Shown here: in pieces, positions 1 to 12,697 of the stretch | Layout: every line of letters starts with the position of its first letter | How positions within the stretch are numbered: the first letter of the stretch is position 1 | Translations under genes and position numbers: made by a program | Notes under the pieces: model-generated | The model's database searches: none | What the model was told of the DNA's origin: nothing | Seen by the model: only the letters and a program-made list of their open reading frames with translations | NCBI RefSeq assembly: GCF_001194135.2 | Contig: NC_068990.1 | Coordinates: 1,700,991 to 1,764,897, forward strand | Direction of reading: 5' to 3' | From: Octopus bimaculoides | Taxonomy: Eukaryota | DNA: 63,907 nucleotides

Positions 1-33
<33 letters not shown>

Positions 34-57
34 ACATACACACATATATATATATAT

Positions 58-915
58 ACAAGGTCTGAAGGGTAAATTGTCATTATTTTATATTATAGAT
101 TTCATGCATACACATTGCTTGATTTTGATTTTGTTGACTAGACAGTATAGTAGGGTCAGTTGGGCACCATCTGTCAGAAAAAACTGTACCATGATGCAAT
201 TCACTCTCCCAGAAATTTGGAAACGACATGCTGTACTGCTTGGCATTGAAACCGGATGCTCCAGAGTGTTTGGGTGTCAATCTAAGGACATGTACTGAGA
301 GTGATAGAAGTCAAACATCCAGTCAACATCAATGTGTTCGGAGTGATCACTAGTGATGGTGACGTTATGCCTCCATTAATCTTCCGACATGGCCTTATAC
401 TCAACATGGAGGCCTACACCAAGTGCCTGGGGGAGAGAGTGCTGCTCTGGTCAAGAAGGTGGTTGCTGGAAGACCCTATGTTTTGCAACAGGACTTTGCA
501 CCATACCACACAAGCAGGGGAACCAGTCATGGCTGTCAGACAATTTCTGCGACCGCATCACACCATACATTTGGCCACCTAACTCCCCCGACTGCAACCC
601 CCTTCATTATTATGTGTGGGGCACAGTTGACCAAGAGACCAACAAAGTTCCTTGTAACACCAAAGATGACCTGAAGGCAAGGATTACAGCCGCATTCACC
701 AACTTAAACAAGGAGACCGTCCAGAAGAGTTGAAAAATATTCCAAAGGCATCTGGAGGCTGTGGTCAAAGTGAATGGCAAATTTATTGAATAAATTTACT
801 GTTTAGTATTTCAAGATATTTTTATGTAATTTTTGTAAATATATGTTAAAATGAGATGTCAGTGTTATTTTTCTTTTTACGTAATTTAGACCGACAGTTT
901 ATTCACTGCACCCTT
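58..915 (+). mobile_element. Degenerate Tc1/mariner transposon of the DD37D (maT) type; C-terminal transposase remnant
   Basis: Three overlapping frames give VFGVITSDGDVMPPLIF..., GRPYVLQQDFAPYHTSR and WPPNSPDCNPLHYYVWG. Correcting a 1-nt frameshift gives 37 residues between the QQD aspartate (492) and the last catalytic position (605, now CAT). The right end resembles a TIR (GACCGACAGTTTATTCACTGCACCCT) followed by TA; the left end matches only weakly. Both ends sit in (TA)n. Confidence 0.85.
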
Positions 916-1924
916 TATATATATATATATATATATATGTATGTTAATATGTGAAATTGTATATATCAGAGAAATTGTTTTATTAGCTTGTTTTGTACTT
1001 TTGTTTTTTATTTGCAATAGAAGGAACCAACAACATTGTCCAACCTGATAATAGCAGTCAGTTCTCCCTCAAACTGCATCGTGTCATTAAAAAAAATTAC
1101 AAAATAAAAGCCACACTGAATCATTTAGTGCTAAAAATAGCAAAAAAAATGTGATGGTCTCAATTTGAATATTATTCTTTGTATGTCTGCCTGAATATCA
1201 ACTGTCTAAGGATCATCAATGATGATTTATTATATTTCAATTTACATATGACTACTGTTGTGTATATCTCTGTGTGTTCCAAGTTAAAATTCTCTCTACT
1301 TCAAATCCCCAATTAATATTCTAAAGCAAGGGCTTGAATAATACCTTATTTTCTGGCATGCAAGTTGATGTATTATATATTGTAAACATGTAATATAAAT
1401 ATTCAAATATTGTCATATCTTTTGAAAATCCTGCTGAATTTCATGTGAAATTGTTGGACCACCAAAGATGTCTAGGGGTTTAAGTCAGCCTACCTTTTAT
1501 GACTGTAAATTTTAATCTGAAGAAGTTTGATGTGTATGCCAGAAAATATGATGTTGTCCAGTGTATACTATTTCTCTAAAGGAAAGAAGGACATCGTGGC
1601 TCAAATGCATTTGCTCATAAGTCTTTTCAATCAGGCATGACTTAAAGGTGAACAACAAAATCATAGAAAAGATTAAGGTCACAAGAGAGGTAGATATTAG
1701 ATTTTTTATTTCACTATTAATTTTCTACTGCAGTTGTTGCTTCATATCCCAACAACAACAACTAACAATGGATGGCTCAGTCAAACCCTTGGTCTGAATA
1801 AGTATTATTCATACATTTCTTTACTGTATGAAGCAAACTGAGAATACAATTTATTACAGTAATATTGATATGGTCTGCTGTTGAAGATGTCTAGGTTGTT
1901 GAGAGCATAATTTTAAATGTGACA

Positions 1925-2210
1925 GCCCATCATTGGGGATGACAGTGTCGATACTGGATGTTCATCCTCGTCTGCCTCCAACACATTTTTTCTTGTGGGA
2001 GTAGACAGGGCTGACGCGACCAATATGAGATATATAGACCCTGTGGCACTGAGGGCACTGAAAGGGATCCCCAAACAACAGCTGCAGGGTGTTGATGGTG
2101 ATGTGTCTTCCTCTTTTCATGCAGTCCCCAGCATTCAGTTTCAAAGCACTCCACCCCAGCATCACACATGAAACCTCCATGCCTTCCAATTGTTGAGAGG
2201 CATATTGACT
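1925..2210 (-). mobile_element. Probable RTE-clade LINE 3' coding remnant (C-terminal Cys/His motif)
   Basis: Minus frames give LHEKRKTHHH... and then FQCPQCHRVYISHIGRVSPVYSHKKKC*, resembling the RTE C-terminal pattern EKR.RRK...F.C..C.R.C.SRIGLYSH.RRC with frameshifts. Confidence 0.55.
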
Positions 2211-2241
<31 letters not shown>

Positions 2242-3729
2242 ATATAATATGTAAGATCCCAGTACACCTTTATATCCCATATTGAAATTTTATGTGAAGG
2301 TAAGTTCTTTAATGTTTTATCAATGTCTCTTCAAATTATCAAATGTTAATAGTATTTCCCTGAACATTACAAAATACTCACTTTCTTTCATTTTTTGGTT
2401 TTAATACATTTTAAAAGTTTCCTGGCATTCTGACTACTAGATTGTTATAGTAACAATCAATATAGTTATAATTAATAATGTGTCTATCTTACAACAAGTA
2501 TTCGGAAGTCTTTATTCTCTTTCATCAACTGTTATGACTTCAAATGATCGCAAAACTTAATGTTCCCAAACGTCTTATTCTCTTCATTTAAAATCTTCAC
2601 TAGATAATTTCTATCTGTTTCTTCAAGAAATCTCATTGGAAATGTCACAATAACAAAATTTCAAGCATCATTAATTTTCTTTATGCCTGACCTAAGGAGC
2701 GAAGATCAGGTTTTCATTATTAATTCAATTCTTTAGCGTAAGAATTAATCTCAAGTGACTTACTGACTTATATAGAAATCACAAAAGTTCTTCAAATCGC
2801 ATCAAAGATATTTGTTTGAGATAGATAGACTGAGAAAACTTACACACACACAACACACACATAACACATATGTGCACCTGCACGCACGCACACATGCATG
2901 CATACACACACACTCACACATGCATGCATGCACACACACACAACCAAATGCACACATAAACATACACACACACAAACACCCACCCACACACGTATATATA
3001 TATATATATATATATCAATAGCAGAAGTGATCATAGTGTGAACAAAAATAGAAATTGAACATAGCTTCACTATATTTGAATAAAAGGAAAAATTGAAATT
3101 GTATAAACCATAGATGAATACAATAGATAAGAATATGAACTTATGTTCAGAATCTTTAGATGTAGAATTCATACCAGCACAGAGCTATGGTAAAGAAAGA
3201 AATTGAAAATAGACAAGTGACTAAATTATTAGTGTCATAGGTTTCAAGTTTAAATCTCTTACACGTCTTACTTCTTGTTATGCATTTAGGATGTAGACTT
3301 AATTTTCCATGCCTCGTTTAACCAAGCTACCAATGGAATCGGAACTTTTAAGTTCAGAATTTTACCTGAGTTCAAATAGCATTCTCTCCATGGACCTAAT
3401 TGTCTTTCATCTGCTTAATGTATATGGAACCAGAGCTAAGCCCATTAACACTTCAGAAAAGTATCTTCAATAATTACGTTCATTTTTTTTATTATTGAAT
3501 CTGGCTGGGTTGCTTGGTTTGAAGGCTTTGTATCCCATCAGTGGTACTGTACGTTTAGCTATTCATGGATCAATGTAGTCTGTTGTTATAGTCATTGTTA
3601 ATGTTTAATTCCAGGTTAACTCTGTTGAGCAGACCTATACTCCAAAACATTCCACTCATGACTATCATGTCTTTTTAGAAGTATGCAGGACTACATGATC
3701 CAATGTGTCTTTTCATTTTACATAAAAGT

Positions 3730-4010
3730 AGGCTGTGATTTAAAGCAGATTCAGCTGCTCTTTCTAGCAGGTCAAGCAGCCACGTAGAGGCCTCCTACAT
3801 TTGGTTCAGCATTGAAAATCTGTATGTAGGGAAGGGTTAGTTCACTTCTGGAAGTATCAACAGAAATCTGTTTTTAATTTCTTTGCATAAGAGTAAGGTG
3901 TGATTTAAAGGATATTTGGCTGCTCTTTTTAGCAGGTCATGCAGCCATCTAGAGATAGGAAGGGTTAACTCACTTCGGGAAGTCTCGTCAGAAATCTGTT
4001 TTTAATATCT
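3730..4010. repeat. Direct tandem duplication (~165 bp period) of an interspersed-repeat fragment
   Basis: GTGATTTAAAG...GCTGCTCTTT.TAGCAGGTCA.GCAGCCA...GGAAGGGTTA..TCACTTC.GGAAGT...CAGAAATCTGTTTTTAAT occurs twice in succession. Confidence 0.7.
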
Positions 4011-4583
4011 GTTTATTGTACACAATGTCAATATTTGTGTTTATTTCATTGAGTTTACTTTTTCTCAAGGGATGAAAGGTCATGAAATCTTTGGCAGGAT
4101 TTCAGTTCACACAACTAATTCATCAAATAGTTATGGCCAACTAATGACCCCCACCCCTCTGCTCCACAAAGAAAAAGAAAAAAAAATCTTTTGAAAGGAA
4201 AAAAACCAATGAAGAGGTCTCTGCATACTTGCTTCATTAGTTAGAAATAGCAGCCAAATTTCTCTCAAATTACACTGCAACATCTCAAAAGGTGTGTATG
4301 ACATTGGTTGATGTAATCCTAAATACACAATGCTCTAGAAATGGGTGAAGCAGTCATGAGTGAAATGAATTTCATTATAAACCTGTTCTATTGGGGTTGA
4401 CCTGTGGCTAAATAACAAGATCAACAACAAACTGTGAATGGTACCAAAGGGAAATAGTCTAATGTAGTATATCTTAATAATTACTGCTAACTTTGGTTCA
4501 TTTGTTATTCTTTTTAAAGATTCTTGTTGCTCAGACACCTAAGGGATTCTATATTCCCCTTTGAAGCGGAAACCATTCAAAGC

Positions 4584-4957
4584 TATTCTTTTATTTGCTG
4601 TAGTAATCTTGACTGTGGCCATGCTGGAGCACTGGCTTTTTAGTCAAACAAATCAACCCCAGGACTTATTCTTTGTAAGCCTAGGACTTATTCTATCTGT
4701 CTCTTTTGCTGAACCACTTAGTTATGGGGACGTAAACACACCGACATTGGTTGTCAAGCGATGATGGTGGGACAAACATAAACACACACACACACATATG
4801 ATGGGCTTCTTTCAGTTTCTGTCTACCAAATCCACTCACAAGGCTTTGGTTAGCTCAAGGCTATAGTAGAAGACACTTGCCCAAGGTGCTGCACAGTGGG
4901 ACTGAACTTACAACCATGTGGTTGGGAAGCAAGTCATTTACCACACAGCCACTCCTG
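4584..4957 (-). mobile_element. tRNA-derived CORE-type SINE, family A (octopus OR-like)
   Basis: Reverse complement of head CAGGAGTGGCTGTGTGGTAA...GTTCAGTCCCACTG, CORE-like CCTTGGGCAAGTGTCTTCTACTATAGCC, TG hinge and tail ending CAGCATGGCCACAGTC. Confidence 0.85.
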
Positions 4958-5179
4958 TCAGTCATGGGACTGCAGCCATGCTGGGGCACTGCCTTGAAGG
5001 ATTTTAGCCGATCAAATCAACTCCAGTCCTTATTTTTTGTTATGTCTAATTCTTATTCTATCAAACTCTTTTGCCAGACTGTAGGGAACATACCAAAAAA
5101 GATGTCAAGTGGTGGTGGGGACAAACACAGACACAAAGATTCTCACACATAGGTATATAAATATACATATATGTCACTC

Positions 5180-5332
5180 ACTGTCTTCTTTCAGTTTTTG
5201 TCTACCAAATCCACTCACGAGGCTTTGGTTAAGGTGAAGCTATAGTTGAAGATATTGCCCAAGGTTCCACACAGTGGGACTGAACCTGAAACCATGTAGT
5301 CGGAAAGCAAGCTTTATACCACACAGCCACAT
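5180..5332 (-). mobile_element. Family A SINE head fragment
   Basis: Same head/CORE sequence as 4584-4957. Confidence 0.75.
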
Positions 5333-6379
5333 ATGCTTCTATATTCTTTCTTTTTTTCTTTCCTTACACTATGACCAGTCTCTGTGTGTGTGGGGGCATT
5401 CGGTCTGGTGTGTTGCATTCTTGATTCTCAAAATTGCAGTTTTTATTCCTGAACCAGGTGATAATACTATGTATTCTTGAGCATTTCACATTGTTTCTAA
5501 TCCACCCAGCTGGAAAAAGCAAGCAATCCTGTGATGGACCAATATCCTGTCCAACAGGTGAATATATATATACTTCATTAAATCTGGAAAACCAGTCTTA
5601 TGATCCTATGACTTGGGAAGAACCTTTGATCCTTTTCTTTGATTTAATGTGTGTTTTTGTTTTTGTTTTTAAAGATGGAAGGTTTTTTTAAGATGGAAGT
5701 AGCAAATTCCCAGAATCACTAGAATCACCAGGCAGGCAATGGAAAATCCTCTTTGTAGTCTTCATGGCTTTTGTCAGTGAAGTCACCAAAGGTCTGATTT
5801 CTGTTTCACCCATATGATGTTTATCTTTGTCTTATATAGAACATTAAATTATGTAGGTTCTTCTTACACAATCTCAGGCTCTACCAATTTCTTGCCTCTC
5901 ATTTCTTGCCTTATACCCTAAATAAGTGTATATATTCCAAAAGGAATATTTCCTCTCAGTGAGGAACAGTTTCAACTGACCAGAGTTTTACAGAACAAGG
6001 GTGTACCATCTCCTTTTGAAGTGTGCATCATATAGCTTATTGGAACACAGGATGCCTTTGTTAGGAAAGAAATTTTTTTTCTAAACCATACAGGAAGCAG
6101 TATTGATCCCATTGTGGTGTGAAATCAATATCCACCAGCATATGGATTGTGCTCATACTGTCATTAATCCAAATAATCTAATCAATAGAGGCCAGCAGTA
6201 GCGATGGAAATTTCATAGTGCTTTTGCTGGATCAAAGGTGGGAAACTTTTGATTAGTTGGGCAATCTGATAGCGAGCAGAGACTGAAAAGAAGAAGGCAA
6301 TGATTAACAACATTTTTTTTTTATCTTTGCCAACAAAATTTTATGGATATGAAGAACACCCTTAAAAGAATAATCAATA

Positions 6380-7700
6380 CGAAGCTGAAAGGTAGAACTT
6401 CCTAGTCTGTGAGGCACCTAAGCATTAACCGGACTAGAGTGCCATCAGATCTCTCTGAGTAGGTCTGGAGTTGGTGACACTGGTGGCGTAAAGCCTTGAG
6501 GAATTTTACCGCTTTTACCAGTTCTCAAGAAAGCCTTGTTACTGATGTAACCATCATCAAAAAGAAAGGTTTGTGTTTTATAGGTGCGGATACAGCTGGA
6601 ACTTGTATTGTAGAAACAATGGCTCAAAGAAAACTAGACTTTGTGAAGATAGATAAAGATAGAATAAAAGTTGAGATTCTGGGAATATGTGAAATAAAGT
6701 GGATAGGAGGTGGGACACTTTTCTATGGCATAATTACAAAATATGCTCCACAGAAAATGAGACACATTCAAGAAATAGAGTGACAATGATGCTTAAAAAA
6801 ATGTCAACAGTATTGCATTGGATATAGTCGATTTCTTAGCAGTGAGATCACAGGGATGATCTATAAATTTTACTTTCTGTTCAATGACTTTGGAAACAAA
6901 GGAAGAAAGCAAAGCAATTTCGTGAATCCCCTTCAGCCAGCAATTAATAATATTCTAAAAGGTGATGCATTCTTAATTATGTCTGATCTCAGTGCAAAAA
7001 TTGAAGAGAATGAAGAATTAAATATGGAGGATAAAATAAGGATTAAGAGCCAAGAATGAAGAGAGAACTAAATCTACTGGGTTCTGTTCAGCACAGGATG
7101 TATCCAAAGAGAAGATCTACCTTGGTATTACCTGACAAATAATGTAATAAAATTAATTATGTAGTCTCTGCTAGAAAAAAAAAAAAATGAGAACAGTTCA
7201 GGCTGTCAATACAATGTTAAGAGGTTGGTAATAAAAGAGTTCATTAGCTGCTCATTTCTATGATCAAATTAAAACTGAAGAAACTAGAAACAAAGGACCT
7301 GAGGGATACTATCTTCAGAATAACCTGAAAGCTATACTGAAGAAGTCAAGAACCCAAGTTACAGTCATTAATAACATTGATGGATATTCTAATGAGCTGC
7401 AGCAAGAATTGCAATAAATTGTCCTATAAGTAGCTAGAAATTACCTCACATAAAAACAAGAAGAAATGCATGAAAGACCGAATAATGGACTTAGTGGATG
7501 GTATTATGAAATTTGGAAGACTGAAAGGGAACTTAGTCATGCATAAAATAAAATTTAAAAAAGACAATTATATAAAGAAGAAAAGTAAAGTGGAAGAAGA
7601 AAATCAAGAGAGGTCTAGGAACACTTCCAAGAAAACAGAATAAATTACTAGAAAATTTATCCCAACCCATACACAAATGGAATGTTCTATATCCTTGTTC
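6380..7700 (+). mobile_element. Degenerate RTE (BovB-like) LINE: 5' region and apurinic-like endonuclease remnant
   Basis: GTCIVETMAQRKLDFVKIDKDRIKVEILGICEIKWIGGG matches the RTE endonuclease start (GTWNVRSMNQGKLEVVKQEM.R..VDILGISELKWTG). The later KGDAFLIMSDLSAKI matches the IIGDWNAKVG motif. Many stops and frameshifts. Confidence 0.8.
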
Positions 7701-7854
7701 AACATATAAACTAAATGGGTTGTAAGTCAAGCAGACTGAGTCTTTTAGACTCCATAAGTGTAAAGAGGTATCGTTAATTTCTGTACATGTTCATGCATAA
7801 ATAATGTCAGCTAAAACACTTCTAATAATATGAGTGAAACCTGTTTATCAGCCA

Positions 7855-8205
7855 GTTAAGCAAATTTTGAATTCCACATGTGTAACACATGTGGACATAC
7901 TTACAAAATCATAAGACACAGTACCCATGACTTTTGAAAACATTTTTTTCATGCTCAGAATTGCTGAAGCACGGAATGAACTCCCTGCATCAATTGTTAG
8001 TTGTCGGGACATGACATCCTTCAAAACTTCCATACTTCCTGAAATTTGCCAACCTGATGCCTCTCCCCCACTTTTTTTTTTTTTTATGTGACTTATTCAC
8101 TGTTCACTTTCTGTGTATTATTCTATGTGCTGTCCATGCACTTTTGGCTATCTTTTCTGATGAGTTGTAGTGCACCTGAACATTGTATACAATAAGTTAA
8201 TATTA
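7855..8205 (+). mobile_element. CR1-type LINE 3' end
   Basis: Plus frame TCGHTYKI...HFFMLRIAEARNELPASIVSCRDMTSFKTS matches the CR1 terminal motif RGH.YKL...FFS.RV...WN.LP...V......SFK. Confidence 0.65.
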
Positions 8206-8793
8206 TACTAGCTGGCCCTATGCCATCAAAAATTATGGCTAATTGTAGTGTTTTATATATAATAAGGTACAAAACCAAGTTTTTAGTTTAATAATTCTTT
8301 TATTACCAAATTTTTTGTGAAAAATCTCTCTGCAACTAATATCCCTTGATTGCTTGGTTCCTTCAAAAGAATTTTAAAGTTTTCCTTCCATCTTGTATGA
8401 CTTAAGGCCACATAAAGCTGGCTGTGATTAAATACAGGATAGAAAATGAATGGTAAATCAAATTAACACACTTGTCAATGTTAACTAGTGGTTGTCTTTT
8501 GAGATGTGACAGCGATCATCGTTTGTTACTGAAAGAACACTGGTTTACACATACAAACATTCACACACTTCCCTTGTACATGCACAGACATACACACATA
8601 TACTCACACAGGGTTGAAACACTGTTTGATTTTTCTTTCACTGTAGAACTTCCATCATCCCACTACCAAATTTGCCATCACCCCTCCCTTCCTTATTCAT
8701 CTATCACCCCTTCCTTCCCCATTCAGATGTTGTGACAGAGAAAATCTCAAGAGTATTATTATAGTAGTTCATTATTTATGAACTTTCTATTGT

Positions 8794-8985
8794 GGCAAGC
8801 TGGCAGAATCGTCAGCACATCGAGCAAAATGCTAAGTGAAGGAATCTGAGCTCAAATTCCACCGAGGACAACTTTGCCCTCCGCCCTTTTGGTGTTGATA
8901 AAATAAGTACCAGTTGAAAACTGGGGTTGATGTAGTTGACTGATACCCTCTCCCAAGCTTGTTGGCCATCTGCTAAAATTCAGAA
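8794..8985 (+). mobile_element. Short interspersed repeat, family C
   Basis: GGCAAGCTGGCAGAATCGT...CTGAGTTCAAATTCCACCGAGG...GATAAAATAAGTACCAGTTG...GGGGTTGATG; homologous copies at 26636-27000, 29920-30060 and ~44540-44640. Confidence 0.7.
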
Positions 8986-9059
8986 TCATTATTTATGTAC
9001 TTTCTATTAAGATACAAGTCATCTTTATATCTCATCCTTTGTTAAGTCAAGTGAGATCA

Positions 9060-9277
9060 CAGTCATGGCCAATGTTTGTAACTGGCACCGGTGCCAGTTG
9101 TATGTAAAAATGCCTGCTACACTCTTGAAGTGGTTGTCATTAGGAAGGGCATCCAGCTGTAGAAGCTATTCCAAATCAGATTACAACTTGGTATAGCTCC
9201 CCAGCTTAACAGTTTTCAGCCAAACTATCCAACCCATGCCAGCATGGAAAATGGACATTAAATGATGATGATGATGA
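9060..9277 (+). mobile_element. RTE 3'-UTR-derived repeat with (GAT)n tail
   Basis: TTAGGAAGGGCATCCAGCTGTAGAA...AACCCATGCCAGCATGGAAAATGGACATTAAATGATGATGAT, the same tail as the coding RTE copy at 28464-29284. Confidence 0.8.
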
Positions 9278-9875
9278 GGGTCAATATAAAAAGTACCATT
9301 TGGGGGCAGAGAATTGTTTAGAAGATTGGATGGGCTCCTTGCAGCAGTGTTGGTTCTAGCTTATTGCATTCTGAGTTCAAATCTTACTATGGCCTACGTG
9401 GGGTGGTTGAGTTAATCCATCACCTGGTTTAAAACCTGGTTCTAGCTAGCACCTTAGGTGCCTTTAGCAGAATCTATTTTGTTGCGAACATTCAGGCCAG
9501 CCAAATCTCAAGTTTAAGTTTGCCTCCCTCTCTCCATTCCTTGTAAAAGGTCAAGAGCACTGCCTTATCTTTCTGACTAAAAGATAATAAATAAATAATA
9601 TAAATACTAGCTGTTAGTGGTACCATTTGAACTCTTCATCTGGCAGTTTGTAGATCAGTATCTTAACTAACCTGACACTTACTGGAACTCAAAGCCATTC
9701 ATTATTCATTGCTTCTTACCTTTGGTTTTATCACAAGGAATTTTGGAAACTTTGGACAATATCATTTTTAGCCATATAGTAATGCTCAGTTAATTTCAGC
9801 ATCTGTGATATAACTTGCTTATGTGTTTGTTGAAAACTAATATATATTATATCATATTATATTATATCTTATATA

Positions 9876-9918
<43 letters not shown>

Positions 9919-10860
9919 TGTATGTATGTATGTATATGAATGTATGTATATATGTATAAAATAAATAAAGAAACTAAAAAAAGAAAAACACCATTTTCTG
10001 GAAGCTTCTTTTATATCAGAACAGATTGCTTGAAAACAATTTCTTATCTTTGAAGACATTGACTGGGAGGCTTTAATCACCTGCATGCTCAATTTTCACA
10101 CCAGTTTCATTTCACCATTTCGCCATTTCACACTTCTTTCTTTTTCCTCTTCTTCTCCTTCTTCACTGGTTCACTTTATCAATTCAGCAGCTTTCTACTT
10201 GAAAGCTCTGTCAGGAAAGTGTCAAAAATGAGACCAAAAACAAAACAAAACAAAAAAAGAAATACTAATAAAATAAAATGAAATAAAATAGACCGAAAAA
10301 TAAACAAATAAAAGCTGTTCTCACTTTATTAAGAAACATTTATTCTCATACACTGCCATCATTTACTGCTGCGCTGCTACTTCTTTCACCTCCTCCTCAG
10401 CTCACTTTTCAGATATAAGATTATGTCTTTTAAGGTACCACAACTCATTTCTTTAATAACGTGTTGATTCCATGAATTATAGGTTTCTTCCTTTTCGTAT
10501 AATGGATCTTTCAGTCTTGTCACAACCAGCAATAATGGAATGGAATTTTAATCAAGTAAATATCCCAGAAGAAATACCTGTGGTGGATTTGAATTCAGGA
10601 CCAATGAGCTTGTTGTCCAATAGTCTATTTACATTGCTAAACTGGGGTGCGGTAGCCTGCTAGAAGTAGAAACCAACTTTCCTTATATCATATCCAACCA
10701 CTGTTTTAAAAAGAAATGAAGGACAGATTGGATCATATAATCAGAGATACACTTTCATAGCAAAAAGTTAGGGTGGTACTGAATGGAAGAACTTTCATCA
10801 TTGGTCTGCTCATTCTGGTATAATCTGGAGCTCAACAACAGCATCATCAACAACAGAAGA

Positions 10861-11175
10861 AGACCCCCCTTTGGTCACATATGACCATGGGTTTGCACAT
10901 AGAAAGTTCCCTTCATAGGCACAAACCTGGGAAAGGTTGTGAATGTAAGACCAGCAGTCGCCCATGCATACCAGTCTCCCGTCTCCACACCACTGACGTT
11001 GTGCAAGGGAAAGGCAGAGGCTGATACAATTTGGCACCAGAGATGCTGCTACTCATTTCTACAGCTGAGTGAACTGGAGCAACATGAAATAAAGTGTCTT
11101 GCTCAAGGACACAACACACAGCCTAGTCTCGGAATGAAACTCACAATTCATCTATGACAACAGCAATAATATTAA
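10861..11175 (-). mobile_element. tRNA-derived SINE, family B
   Basis: Reverse complement of the element at 42865-43198 (TGTCCTTGAGCAAGACACTTTATTTCA...CAGCTGTAGAAATGAGT...GAAGGGGGTCT). Confidence 0.75.
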
Positions 11176-11304
11176 CAACAACAGTTTTTGTAAGCCATGT
11201 AAAAGAACTCAAAAGGTTGGGCCTCCATCAAAGCCTTTTGCAATGCTCAAAAGCCAGGAACTTTTTAGCGCTTCCTTGTCCATATGCAATATATATATAT
11301 GTAT

Positions 11305-12000
11305 ATATGATTAATGAGATATATGGAAGATGCAAGATATGAGATTGTTTACTGATCACTACAATTGTTCTGACCCATCTAGCATCGATCCCTCATGGGG
11401 CAAGATACTTAACAACTGGTTTAGGAGTATCTGATGGTGTGGATGTGTCTCTTCATGTGATTACAAAATGTTTCTCATTAAAATAACAACTGTTCCACAT
11501 GATATCTTCTCAGTTTGTGAACAGAAAAGCAGCAAATTAAAGGATGCAGTTTCGTTTTTATATAAGCTCAATAATAAACAGATGCAAAAAGCAATGAATA
11601 CACAATACAGTGAAAAAGTGTTAATTGTAACCGTTAACAGATATGGATGTATAAATGCCCTCACTTATGTTGTATGGCACTCATACACTCGCTTGTACAA
11701 ACGTCCATAAAGATATAAGCATATACGGACATGTGGTTTGTTACACATACGTGTATTCATTATTTTTTTGCTTTTCTGTACACAAACCAAGAAGATATCT
11801 TGCGGAAATGATGTTATTTTAATGAGAAACATTTCGTAATCACCTGAAGAGATACGTCTACACCATCAGATACTCCTAAATCAGTTGTTAAGTATCCCAC
11901 CCCATGGGGATTCGATGCTAGATGGGTCAAAATAATTGTAGTGATCAATAAACATTCTCACATCTTCCATCTTCCCATCTCTCTCAGTAATTAAATATCC
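11305..12000. repeat. Foldback element: ~225 bp inverted arms around a ~240 bp spacer
   Basis: 11305-11530 aligns with the reverse complement of 11770-12000, e.g. GATACTTAACAACTGGTTTAGGAGTATCTGATGGTGT versus ACACCATCAGATACTCCTAAATCAGTTGTTAAGTATC; roughly 85% identity by eye. Confidence 0.92.
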
Positions 12001-12291
12001 AATGAACACTGTGGAAGTGAACATGCTTTACCGGTAAGCTACCAGGTGTGTACCATATCCTTTATTATCTAATAATATATATATATAATGATAAATAATT
12101 TGGACAAATAAGTGTAATTCGATTAGTGTGTTTAAATGTCGAGTAGAGCACTGGTACAGTTTAGGCTACCAGTTGTTATCTGCAATTGTAGTACACTTCC
12201 GTTGGATCTACTTCAGGAACTCCGTAGTGACAGTTAGGGTAATAGTATTAATTAATTGTTGGAGATGGATTTCGTATTAGACTTTTATTAG

Positions 12292-12335
12292 GTACAACAT
12301 GTTTCGACCCATCAGTCTGGGTTTCTTCAGGTATA
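12292..12335 (-). ncRNA. Minimal type I hammerhead ribozyme motif, core intact
   Basis: Minus strand reads TATAC-CTGAAGA-AACCCA GACTGA TGGGTC-GAAAC AT GTT-GTAC, giving CUGANGA and GAAA cores, stem II, a palindromic ACAUGU stem III, a GUU cleavage triplet and a short stem I. One mismatch at the 10.1/11.1 pair. Confidence 0.6.
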
Positions 12336-12608
12336 TTGATAAAGAAGTCACACTAGAGATTTTTAGTGTCAGTTGGATTGTTATATGCCTATCAAGTTAG
12401 GGAAAGGAATAAAAACAAATAATATTATAGAAATAGAAAAAATTCAAAAATGAACAGGGAAATCTTGTGTTCAGGTTTAGATAAAATGAACTAATCAGCT
12501 GTTGCTGTCATAACTGCTTAGAGAGAAAGAAAGCAGAAACAGAAAGGTATACTTAAACAAGTAGTTTCATGTTCATAAATATACATAAAGACAGACTTCT
12601 TTATAAAT

Positions 12609-12653
12609 GTACCTGAATAGACTCGGACTGATGGGTCAAAACATATGTTGTAC
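12609..12653 (+). ncRNA. Degenerate hammerhead ribozyme motif (second arm), probably inactive
   Basis: GTAC-CTGAATA-GACTC GGACTGAT GGGTC-AAAAC ATAT GTT-GTAC. Stems I and II pair, but core positions are mutated (CUGAAUA, AAAA). Confidence 0.5.
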
Positions 12654-12697
12654 CTAATAAAAGTATAATACGAAATCCGTTTCCTGCTATTAATTAA

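Noticed and set aside
2250-2299. Plus-strand GTAAGT donor as a possible upstream CFAP65 exon
   Set aside because: No pyrimidine tract, a stop shortly upstream in the phase-0 frame and no similarity; the preceding exon is probably outside the window.
10081-10207. Minus-strand exon-like segment (good pyrimidine tract, CAG acceptor, CAG|GTGATT donor)
   Set aside because: Stops in all three frames and a weak donor; it could be a non-coding exon but nothing here supports that.
11830-11960. Possible hammerhead in the larger foldback element
   Set aside because: Both arms read CCCATG(A/G) instead of CTGATGA and the stems do not register; only the 3' half resembles the neighbouring ribozyme.
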